A DNA stretch of 64,000 bases from Fimbriimonadales bacterium (lineage in GTDB: Bacteria > Armatimonadota > Fimbriimonadia > Fimbriimonadales > JABRVX01): the NCBI GenBank assembly GCA_045862955.1, contig BTVI01000007.1, positions 36,939 through 100,938 on the forward strand. The letters are read 5' to 3'. This document shows positions 9,673-18,286 of the stretch, one piece after another. The position numbers were made by a program, and so were the translations under genes. Every line of letters starts with the position of its first letter. Position 1 is the stretch's first letter. Below the pieces are notes generated by a model. It was not told the DNA's origin, did not search any database, and saw only the letters and a program-made list of their open reading frames with translations.

Positions 9673-10629
9673 TCAGCCGGCTAACAACCGCTCGAAAGAA
9701 CCCGCCCCGAGCTGCTCCTCCAGCAGCTGCACTACCGCCGCGTGTGAGGTAACACCGTGGTGACTAAGTCGAGTGGTGCACAGCGCACCTACTGCGTTGG
9801 CAAAGGTCAACTTAGCGCGCAGCGGCCACCCGTGGGCTAGGCCATACAAAAAGCCGGCCGCGAAAGAGTCGCCCGCGCAAGTCGTGTCGACCACGGGCAC
9901 TCGGAATGCTGCGATGTGAACCGAACCCTGCGTTGTGACCGCCGTCGAGCCTCCTGCTCCCTGTTTCACTACCACCATCTGCGGACCGTAAGTGAGCAGT
10001 GAGCGTCCAATAGCCTGGGCATCCTCCTCGCCGGTCAGCATACGCCCTTCCATCTCGTTCGTCATCAGCACGTGAACGTACGGGAGGGCAGGTCGCAGGT
10101 GCTCGAGCCAGACACCTCGCGCGTCCCAGTCGGTGTCGAGTGTAGTGATGCATCCGGCCTTGCTAGCACGTCGCAAGACGGATGCGATGTCCAGGTTCAC
10201 TAGCTTCATCGCGCCACCGATGTGCACGATGCGCACGCCGTCGAACAACGAATCGGGGATCACGTCATCGGTTAGCTGTTCGTTGGCTCCCGGGCGGCAC
10301 AGGAACGACCTCTCGCCGGAGGATTCTATCAGCCCGACTACAGCCGAAGTGAGGTGCTTTTCTGAACGCCTCACTGCGCTCACGTCCACTCCCACGGCCT
10401 GCAGGTCGGAGAGCACGGAGTCGCCTAGACGATCCGTGCCGATGAGTCCGGCCACCCCCACTGAAGTCCCCAGCTTGGCCAGCACCGACGCACAGTTCGC
10501 CGCACAGCCACCGGCAACCAGCGCGAGGTCCTCGACGAGGATAGAGGTTCCCCGAGCGGGCATGGTGTCGGTAGGCCGCACCACCACGTCTGCAACCAGC
10601 AGGCCCACGCACAGGATGCGCTCGTTCAC
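9673..10629 (-). CDS. PfkB/ribokinase-family carbohydrate kinase
   Basis: GGCAANCA...LAKLG, NEME and VVDTTCAGDSF signatures. True start is GTG at 10629, overlapping the upstream stop (GTGA). Confidence 0.9.
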   Translation of the reverse strand: MNERILCVGLLVADVVVRPTDTMPARGTSILVEDLALVAGGCAANCASVLAKLGTSVGVAGLIGTDRLGDSVLSDLQAVGVDVSAVRRSEKHLTSAVVGLIESSGERSFLCRPGANEQLTDDVIPDSLFDGVRIVHIGGAMKLVNLDIASVLRRASKAGCITTLDTDWDARGVWLEHLRPALPYVHVLMTNEMEGRMLTGEEDAQAIGRSLLTYGPQMVVVKQGAGGSTAVTTQGSVHIAAFRVPVVDTTCAGDSFAAGFLYGLAHGWPLRAKLTFANAVGALCTTRLSHHGVTSHAAVVQLLEEQLGAGSFERLLAG

Positions 10630-11444
10630 AGTGCGAACCTCATCGCGGCTTCTCCTGCCGAGGTGCCCTCGTGCACCACCGCGCAGAGGGCACGGAGGAT
10701 CTCCTTGCGATTTGGTCTCTGCCACACGTTTCGACCGTAGATCACGCCCATGGCTCCAGCCCCCAGTCCCGCCTCCGTCATCTCTAGCAGGCCGCTCGGA
10801 CTGTCTGCACACGGTCCGCCTGCAATCACGACGGGAACGGTGGCCGCGGCGGTCACCTGACGGAAGCTCTCGGCGGAGCCCGTGTACACGGTCTTGATAG
10901 CGTCCGCACCGTGCTCCGCGCCCACGCGAGCAGCCAGTGCAACCTGTTCGGTCAGCTCTGCCTCGCTCGGCGGCTTGGCGGAAGGCCCGAAGTGCCCCGC
11001 GAGCGCTGCGGCAGGGATCATCTCTGCAATCAGCGGCATGCCCCAGCGCTCGCACTGCTCGGCAGTTTCCCCGAGCTTGCGCAGCAGGTCGTCTTCGTTC
11101 TCGACGCCCACGTACACGTTGAGCACGCACGCATCGGCGCCCGCCGCCAGCGCCGCCTCCACACTGGAGAAGCGCTTGAACCGAGTGAGATGCGAGCCCA
11201 AGCGCGTTGCCGTGCCATCCAGCCGTGCCACAACCCCCAAGTGCCCGATTACCCCAGCCACCCTGCGTAGAGTGGCGAGAGTGAGAAGCAACCCGTCTGC
11301 TGGGGACTCGGCGGCGTCCCGCACCAGGCCGACCGGGTCCTCCACGCCAGCCATCGGCCCGAAGAACGAAGGGTGGTCCATGGGGAGGATCACACACCGA
11401 CCTTTCGGGAACAACCTGCGCATCCTTAGTTGCTTCGCACTCAT
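10626..11444 (-). CDS. Class I aldolase, DhnA/LsrF family
   Basis: RMRRLF...ILPMDH, GADAIKTVY (Schiff-base Lys), PVVIAGG, GRNVWQ; ATG at 11444 with AGGAG. Confidence 0.85.
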   Translation of the reverse strand: MSAKQLRMRRLFPKGRCVILPMDHPSFFGPMAGVEDPVGLVRDAAESPADGLLLTLATLRRVAGVIGHLGVVARLDGTATRLGSHLTRFKRFSSVEAALAAGADACVLNVYVGVENEDDLLRKLGETAEQCERWGMPLIAEMIPAAALAGHFGPSAKPPSEAELTEQVALAARVGAEHGADAIKTVYTGSAESFRQVTAAATVPVVIAGGPCADSPSGLLEMTEAGLGAGAMGVIYGRNVWQRPNRKEILRALCAVVHEGTSAGEAAMRFAL

Positions 11445-11560
11445 GCGGGGCTCGTCTCCTTCGGCCTGCCTGCCACGGGATTCGACGGCGGGCCTCCGAT
11501 GCCTGCAGGCTATGCCCGCGCCGGTACAATCGGCCCTACGACACATCCCGCCGAGGTGAC

Positions 11561-13003
11561 ATGATGGCGACTTCTGCGAACGGCCTGCGACCCACTCCTA
11601 GGCTCGGACTGCTGATAACTTCGATAGACGTGTTCGACCCCGAGGCGAAGGACCGATCGGAAGCTTCCATCCGACGGTACTTCGACGAGCTGGCGGCGAG
11701 CGGCAAGGTCGACGCGGGCTCGCTGGTGATCGGGCGGATCGAGCGGCCACACGAAGCCGTTGCCGCGGCAGCGGAGTTCGCTCGTGCTTGCGTGGACGTG
11801 GTCGCCATCGCGAACGTGGCCTTTCCGAACGGGCAAGTGTTCCTAGCACTCGCCACCGATCCGTATCTGTCGCGCATTCCTCTGGCAGTGATTGCCGACC
11901 CGGAGCCCGAGGGCGACGAGTGGGCGACCAACGCTTGGTGCGGGGCGATCATGAATAACTTCGCTGCGCATCGCCTGGGAAGGGCGATCGCCGCTATCCC
12001 CGGGCCGTCGGATGGTCAGGCATTTCGTCAGGAGTTCGAGAGGCTACTGCGGGTGGCCGCTGCGATCAAGGCTCTGCGGCAGGAGTTCATCGGGCGCTAT
12101 GGAGACGCACCCGGTGGCTTCCACTCGGCGACGGGCGACCAGCTCGCGTATGCTGCCAAGTTCGGGACCAGAGTGGACACGGTTGACCTCAGTGCGGTCC
12201 GGGAATGCTTCGAGACAGGTAAGACCAGCGGGTACCTGGGAGAGACCTCGTTCACGGACGACGAGGTGAAGGCTACCATGCGGGCCGTGCGCGAGGGCAG
12301 GGAAGTGAGCGTGGACGACGAGATGCTGGAGAAGGGTTGCCGGATGTACCACGCCCTCCGATGCATGGCCGGGGCGAACGGCCACACGTCGCTCGCGCTA
12401 AGGTGCTGGCCAGAGGTGTACGAACCGCACATCGGAGTGAGCTTGTGCCTGTCCATCAGCCTGCTGTTAGGGAACGGCGATGTGCGAGCCGCCGCGTGCG
12501 AAGCCGATTGGCCGGCCGCGGTGACGCAATCGCTCGGCACGCTGTTATCCGGCCGACCGGCGGTGTGCTTAGATTGGGTGAACTACACGGGTGGGTCGGA
12601 GATCGTGCAGCTCGGGCACTGCGGCGTCGGGCTAATGGGTCACATGGCGGCCGGTTGCCAGTGCGAGGCGGTCACCCTCCACCCGGTGCTACGACAGGGT
12701 GGCAAGCGTATGGGGCCCGTTCACATCGGCCAGTTCGAGCACGGCCCGAAGACAGGCATCTGTATGATGCAGGACAGGGATGGGAAGTTCCGCATGTTGG
12801 CGTTCGCCGGGGAGAGCGGACCGGATACTGAGAAGGGGATGAAGTACGTGGCAGCAGACGTCCGTTTTCCGAAGTACCGGGAGCTGAACCAGCTGATCCT
12901 GGAGGGTGGATTTCCGCACCACCTCGCTACGGCGTTCGGTGATATACGGGAGGACCTTCGGCTGCTGTGCAAGTTTCTGGACGTCGAGTACGTCGAACCG
13001 TAG
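11561..13003 (+). CDS. L-fucose/L-arabinose isomerase-family sugar isomerase
   Basis: NAWCG, ALRCWPE, ACEAD, LGHCG and C-terminal FPHH motifs of FucI-like proteins; TACAAT at 11525-11530. Confidence 0.8.
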   Translation: MMATSANGLRPTPRLGLLITSIDVFDPEAKDRSEASIRRYFDELAASGKVDAGSLVIGRIERPHEAVAAAAEFARACVDVVAIANVAFPNGQVFLALATDPYLSRIPLAVIADPEPEGDEWATNAWCGAIMNNFAAHRLGRAIAAIPGPSDGQAFRQEFERLLRVAAAIKALRQEFIGRYGDAPGGFHSATGDQLAYAAKFGTRVDTVDLSAVRECFETGKTSGYLGETSFTDDEVKATMRAVREGREVSVDDEMLEKGCRMYHALRCMAGANGHTSLALRCWPEVYEPHIGVSLCLSISLLLGNGDVRAAACEADWPAAVTQSLGTLLSGRPAVCLDWVNYTGGSEIVQLGHCGVGLMGHMAAGCQCEAVTLHPVLRQGGKRMGPVHIGQFEHGPKTGICMMQDRDGKFRMLAFAGESGPDTEKGMKYVAADVRFPKYRELNQLILEGGFPHHLATAFGDIREDLRLLCKFLDVEYVEP

Positions 13004-13192
13004 ACTCTGGGACCGCCTTCTGGCTCACGCAAAGGCTACCAGGCGTCGCGAGAGAGCGTTATTCCCCGAAGTTTCTGGATTGCTAGTGGCAAGCGCGAAG
13101 TGGCAGCTCGCAGCCTCGGGATGACGGCACTGTGCGATCCCGTCGACTCGGTGTCAGGTGCCGTCATGCCCGTCAACTCGGTGTCAGGTACC

Positions 13193-13296
13193 GTCATGCT
13201 GAGCCCGTCGAAGCATGCCTCCGAAGACCGCGAGCAAGGTATCTCATGTGTTAGCATGCGGCCACCCATCGCATGCTGCGACGGGCTCAGCATGAC
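13193..13296. repeat. Inverted REP doublet (family A, GTCATGCTGAGCYTGTCGAAGCATGAC)
   Basis: Forward copy at 13193 and reverse copy ending at 13296; preceded by two 30-bp tandem units at 13140-13199. Confidence 0.8.
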
Positions 13297-13404
13297 GGCG
13301 AGAACACCATGCGATCTTGCTCGCAAACATCGGGAATTCCCGATGCCTGGTCGAGCATCCACTCACTACAGCGGTTCGCCTACAGACGACTCCGCAGGAC
13401 AGCC

Positions 13405-14382
13405 TTACTTCGCCACCGCAGGGGAGAAGCCATCGAGACTGAGGCGGAATATCTCGCGCTGCTCGTTGGTCACCAGCAACGTCCGATCATCCACGAAGCA
13501 CACCCCCTCGCACTGCTTTCCGCCAGAGAAAACGAACCTTCTCGCGTTCCCCGATAGCAGCTTGTCGCCCTGCGCGGGCAATTCGAAAAGCCAAACGGAA
13601 GCCACGGGGAACTGCGTAAGCACTGCAAGGTGCTTCTCATCCGGTGAGATGTCCGCGGCGGTGACCCATCCTCCCAGGTCTTGCTTCGAGTCGAGTAGCG
13701 TCAGCACGTTGACGCGGTCGGTGAACTCCGTGTCCAGACGGTACAGCTTGGTGCCGTTCTCGGGTAGATCGCCGGTCGCGCCCGCGCGGTGCTTGGTCAG
13801 AAAGTGCAGCTTGCCCTTGTGCACGAAGAGGGCCTCGCAGTCGAAGTGCCACCTATCACCGGGGTACTCCTTCTGGTCCGCGTAGGCGACCGGGAGCCAT
13901 TTCAGCACCCTCGTGCGCATGGTTGCTCTCGGATTGGGTTCTTTCAGCACGTACACTCCGAGGTCTCGTCGGGCATTGCCGTTATTACCCACATCTCCGA
14001 TATACAGGGTATCGCCTTCGATGGCGATGTCTTCCCAGTCGAGGTTGTGTGCGGCATCCAGCCTAATACCGGGATACGGTTCCTTGCCTTCTGCTGGCTG
14101 GTCCGCGTAGTACCTGTCTCCGACCCAGCTAGGCATGATCACCGAGCCATCGGAACGAATGGCGAATATGCGTGCTTCGTCTCCGCTGTCGTTATGCACC
14201 CAGTAGACGTCGTCATACGTGCGGCTCTTGACGATGCCGCTCTGCTCGTTGATCGGTGGGTGCGTGATGGTAGCTGCAGCTGTTAGTGCCGTAGGGCGCT
14301 GTATCTTCAGGACTGGAGCATGTGCGCCTACGGACACCACGACAGCTATGGCAACGCCGATGAGTATTCTCGCTATTCTCAC
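13405..14382 (-). CDS. Exported hypothetical protein, probable beta-propeller (WVHNDSG / DWEDIA / GDVGNN family)
   Basis: 325 aa with signal peptide; EQSG, NDSG, DWED, DCEA and QCEG motifs. Confidence 0.7.
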   Translation of the reverse strand: MRIARILIGVAIAVVVSVGAHAPVLKIQRPTALTAAATITHPPINEQSGIVKSRTYDDVYWVHNDSGDEARIFAIRSDGSVIMPSWVGDRYYADQPAEGKEPYPGIRLDAAHNLDWEDIAIEGDTLYIGDVGNNGNARRDLGVYVLKEPNPRATMRTRVLKWLPVAYADQKEYPGDRWHFDCEALFVHKGKLHFLTKHRAGATGDLPENGTKLYRLDTEFTDRVNVLTLLDSKQDLGGWVTAADISPDEKHLAVLTQFPVASVWLFELPAQGDKLLSGNARRFVFSGGKQCEGVCFVDDRTLLVTNEQREIFRLSLDGFSPAVAK

Positions 14383-14579
14383 GCTGATGTCACCGTCTCA
14401 CCTCGCCGAATACCTCCACCGCTCCTGCGGTAGAGGCTTCTAACGCATGCCTCCACTGGCCCTTGGATGGAGGCCGCAACATGTTACCTATATCGCGCAG
14501 GGTCTCTACACCCAATGGCGGGCGGAGAGATGGTGCCTGCTGTGCCGCCGTAGTGAGATGGTCGAAGCACCTCGCGATT

Positions 14580-14970
14580 CCGTCATGCTGAGCCTGTCGA
14601 AGTATCCCGCCATTCTCCGTCATGCTGACCGTGTCGAAGTATCCCGCCATTCTCCGTCATGCTGAGCCTGTCGAAGCATCCCGCCATTCTCCGTCATGCT
14701 GAGCCTGTCGGAGCACCTCGCCATTCCGTCATGGTGAGCCTGTCGGAGCACCTCGACGTTCCGTCATGGTGAGCCTGTCGAAGCATCCCGCCATTCTCCG
14801 TCATGCTGAGCCTGTCGAAGCACCTCGCCGTTCCGTCATGCTGAGCCTGTCGAAGCACCTCGCCATTCTCCGTCATGCTGAGCCTGTCGAAGCACCTCGC
14901 CGTTCCGTCATGCTGAGCCTGTCGAAGCATCCCGCCATTCTCCGTCATGCTGAGCCTGTCGAAGCATGAC
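14580..14970. repeat. Tandem array of 11 family-A palindromes in 35/37-bp units
   Basis: CCGTCATGCTGAGCCTGTCGAAGCAY plus reused linkers (CCCGCCATTCT, CTCGCCGTT and variants); a degenerate extra unit near 14548. Confidence 0.9.
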
Positions 14971-15106
14971 ATCGACTCACGCACGGTGACACATCCACAC
15001 ACAGCGGCAGCAAGGACCGACCGCGCGCATCGAAAGGCTCAGGACGGCGGGCAAACATCTCGGCCGATTCGGCACAACGCCCGGACGGACCCGGCGCCGC
15101 TCCCAC

Positions 15107-16411
15107 CTAGCCCTTCGTCTTCCGCCGTTTCCGCTCCTCCTGCCGCGCGCGCAGCTTGGGCTCCACACCCTGGTCGCTCGGCTCGTAGTAGGGAAGCTCC
15201 CAGTCTCCCTCCGGCAGATACTGCTGCTCAACGAAGTGCCCCGGGAAGTCGTGTGGATACACGTAACCCTCTCCTGCCTCGAGCTTCGGCGCGAACGAGG
15301 CACCGCTGGATCTCAGGTGCTTCGGCACCGGAGGCGGTTGTCGTTTCCGAACGTCGGCCATCGCACGCGTGATCGCTAGCATCGCCGCATTCGACTTGGG
15401 CGCGCAAGCCAGGTAGGTTACGGCTTGTGCGAGCGAGAGTTGCGCCTCGGGCCAACCGATCCGCTCAACGACGTGAAACGCCGCCATCGCAAGCACCAGC
15501 GCCATCGGGTCCGCATTCCCGATGTCCTCGCTGGCCAGAATCACCAGCCTGCGCGCGATAAAGCGAGGGTCTTCGCCCGCTTCGATCATCCGCGCCATGT
15601 AGTGCAGCGCGGCGTCGGGGTCGGAGCCTCTCACCGACTTGATGAAGGCGGAGATCGTGTCGTAGTGCGCATCGCCCGCGCGGTCGTACTTCGGTGCGGG
15701 TGCCTGTTGCGCCGCCTCCACATGTGCGAGACGGATCGGTCCATCGGTAGGAGCGAGGTTCGCTGCGGCCTCCAGGAGGTTCAGGGCAATTCGGGCATCG
15801 CCACCCGCCAAGCGCACCACGTGCTCCAGAGCATCTGCCTCGCAATCGCGCCCCAGCCCGCGCTCCGTGTCGGCAAGTGCTCGCTCTACGATGACGCGAA
15901 CCTCGTCATCGGTTAGCGGCTTCAGGATAAGCACCCGGCAGCGCGAGAGCAAGGGAGAAGCCAGTGCGAACGATGGGTTCTCGGTGGTAGCGGCAACCAG
16001 CTCCAGGGTGCCGTCCTCCACATAGCCCAGGAGCGCGTCCTGCTGCGTGCGCGTGAAGTGGTGCACCTCGTCCAAGAAAAGGACCGTTCGCTTGCCTGTG
16101 CTCGCCTTGCGGTTGCGGGCCGCCTGTGCCAGTTTGCGGATGTCCGCGATGCCCACCGACACCGCGCTGTGCGGCTCGAAGTGCGCGTCGGAGTGCGCGG
16201 CGATGATGCCCGCGAGCGTGGTCTTGCCGCACCCTGCGGGTCCCCATAAAATGACGGACCCCAGCTTGCCTTCGCGGATCAGTCGGTGCAGCGGCGCGCC
16301 GGGCGCGAGAATGTGGACCTGGCCGACGTACTCCTCCAGAGTTCGCGGTCGCATGCGGGCCGCTAGCGGCTGGTCGAGCCCGATCTCGGAGGGCTCCTCG
16401 AAGAGGGTCAT
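15107..16411 (-). CDS. rarA: Replication-associated recombination protein A (MgsA/RarA)
   Basis: PLAARMRP, GPAGCGKTT, FLDEVH, HYDTISAFIKSVRGSDPDAA, SEDIGNADP, YVYPHDF. Confidence 0.95.
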   Translation of the reverse strand: MTLFEEPSEIGLDQPLAARMRPRTLEEYVGQVHILAPGAPLHRLIREGKLGSVILWGPAGCGKTTLAGIIAAHSDAHFEPHSAVSVGIADIRKLAQAARNRKASTGKRTVLFLDEVHHFTRTQQDALLGYVEDGTLELVAATTENPSFALASPLLSRCRVLILKPLTDDEVRVIVERALADTERGLGRDCEADALEHVVRLAGGDARIALNLLEAAANLAPTDGPIRLAHVEAAQQAPAPKYDRAGDAHYDTISAFIKSVRGSDPDAALHYMARMIEAGEDPRFIARRLVILASEDIGNADPMALVLAMAAFHVVERIGWPEAQLSLAQAVTYLACAPKSNAAMLAITRAMADVRKRQPPPVPKHLRSSGASFAPKLEAGEGYVYPHDFPGHFVEQQYLPEGDWELPYYEPSDQGVEPKLRARQEERKRRKTKG

Positions 16412-16623
16412 GCACACCTTCTTCCGCGAACCACCCCGCAAGCACCGTGTGCCGGCGATGTTCTGGAACCCCGAACACAGGGTGGGCGCAGCCGCGCCGC
16501 CGCCGGAACGCGGTGCGCTCCTTTGAACGACACGAGACCAACGCCCTAGAACACGCTATCGGCTCCGAACACCTTGGGCAAGCACGCGTGTCGCAGGGTG
16601 GTTCTGTATCTCTAGTGTACCAG

Positions 16624-18258
16624 CTACGGATCGGCGGTCTTGGCGAAACTCACGAGAACCATCGTGATGTCGCCAATGTCCACGCGGCCCGATCCGTCGA
16701 GGTCGAGCGAGGCGGAGGCTTTGTCGAAGTTAATCAGCACCAGCGTGAGGTCTGCGAGGTCCACCACAGCGTCGCGGTTCGCGTCCCCACCCGGCAGGCT
16801 GACGCTGAGGCCATCCAGCACCTCTCCCACCGCCACGCTTTGCCCTACGAGCCTGCGGGCGAGGAAAGGCTTCCCAGGCGTCTGAAAGCGAATGTCGTAC
16901 TCTCCGCCGGATTGGAACAACAGATCGAACGAGCCGCCGTCGCCGGGGAAAAAGGCCAGGCTCTCGACGGGCATCGAACCGTTCATCAGGGAGGCGACGA
17001 CTAAGATACTCTGGGGGTTCAGATGCCCCGGTAGGGAGATCGTTCCGCGCACCGTGGCTCGGGTGGCACGAAGAAGAGCATGATACGCATTGACCCTACC
17101 GAAACGCACCCAGTCGCCGATCGCATCCGCATTCTGCTCTATGTAGCTGCGCACTGCCGTAGCGTGTGCTCGCGTACGAGGCACGTTGGGCAGATCGTGA
17201 GCTCGTGCCCCATACAGCAGCGCAGCCAGGCCGGAGGCGAAGGGTGCTGCATAGGAGGTGCCAGAGTCAATGCCGTAGGCGCCATCCGATAGGGTAGACA
17301 AGATGCCGTCTCCCGGAGCCGCGACATCCACGAACTGGTCCACGCCCCAGTTGAACTGCGACCACGGCCAGCGCAAATCACCCGGCGAGGTGGCACCTAC
17401 GTCAATCACTACTTCATACGCCGCAGGATACATGGGCCAGCTGGCAGCGCTATTCCCGGCAGCACCTACCAATACCACGCCGGCGTCCCAGGCCGCATTA
17501 CAAGCCTCTTCCACTGCAGGGTCGTGCACTGGACCACCTAGACTGAGATTGATCACATGACACCCGTTCGTGGTGGCCCACTGGATGGCCTCGCGCACGT
17601 CTGTAGTCGTGCCTTGCGCGAACTGGTCCAGCGCCTTGAGAGGGATCAGCTTGACGTTGGGTGCGGTGCCTGCGACTCCCTGCCCGTTGTCGGTCATGGC
17701 CCCGACGATGCCTGCTACCATGGTCCCGTGTCCGTTGTCGTCGGCGGTGTTCGTGTTGTTCTGTATGGTGTTCCAGCCGGGGCCAATGTTAAGCCATAAG
17801 TCCGGGTGGTCGGACCGCACTCCCGTGTCCACGATGGCAACCCGCACGTCGCTTCTGCCGCGGTAGATGTCCATGGCCTGTTCCCAACGGATGGCGGGAA
17901 GACCCCACTGGAAGGGGTAACTGGGATCGTTCGGCTGCCAGAGGGCTCGGTAGGTGTAGTTGGGTTGTGCATGCTGCACGAATGGTAGCGACTTCGCTGC
18001 AGCTACCAGGCGTTGCACGTCAGCATTCGCAGGTGCTCGAAAGAGCGCGTATCGCCCGTCGCTGAGCGTTCTCACGTGGGTGACTCCGACCCGCCGCTCC
18101 GTCTCGGCGATCAGGACAGGCTGCGTGGTCGCGAATCGAATAAGCACGGAGCCGGGCTCCCACTCACCGGTGGTCATCGCCGGACCCTGATCACCGAACG
18201 AACCAGACGTGCAGCCAGCTAAGCAGACCAGAAGCACCAATCGCGCGAACAGCATCAT
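16624..18258 (-). CDS. S8 subtilisin-like serine protease with C-terminal dockerin-like module
   Basis: Triad VAIVDTG / HGTMVAG / GTSYAAP; propeptide; possible lipobox LAGC; tail ...VLVSFAKTADP. Start 18258 or 18255. Confidence 0.9.
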   Translation of the reverse strand: MMLFARLVLLVCLAGCTSGSFGDQGPAMTTGEWEPGSVLIRFATTQPVLIAETERRVGVTHVRTLSDGRYALFRAPANADVQRLVAAAKSLPFVQHAQPNYTYRALWQPNDPSYPFQWGLPAIRWEQAMDIYRGRSDVRVAIVDTGVRSDHPDLWLNIGPGWNTIQNNTNTADDNGHGTMVAGIVGAMTDNGQGVAGTAPNVKLIPLKALDQFAQGTTTDVREAIQWATTNGCHVINLSLGGPVHDPAVEEACNAAWDAGVVLVGAAGNSAASWPMYPAAYEVVIDVGATSPGDLRWPWSQFNWGVDQFVDVAAPGDGILSTLSDGAYGIDSGTSYAAPFASGLAALLYGARAHDLPNVPRTRAHATAVRSYIEQNADAIGDWVRFGRVNAYHALLRATRATVRGTISLPGHLNPQSILVVASLMNGSMPVESLAFFPGDGGSFDLLFQSGGEYDIRFQTPGKPFLARRLVGQSVAVGEVLDGLSVSLPGGDANRDAVVDLADLTLVLINFDKASASLDLDGSGRVDIGDITMVLVSFAKTADP

Positions 18259-18286
18259 CCCGGCAGACAATGCTACTCCAGGATCG

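Noticed and set aside
9673..11529. 618-aa fusion ORF from the track
   Set aside because: The N-terminal half is an alternative frame over the aldolase; the PfkB starts at GTG 10629.
14580..14970. CRISPR array
   Set aside because: Linkers are only 9-11 bp and reused, the repeat is dispersed elsewhere as inverted doublets, and there are no cas genes in the window.
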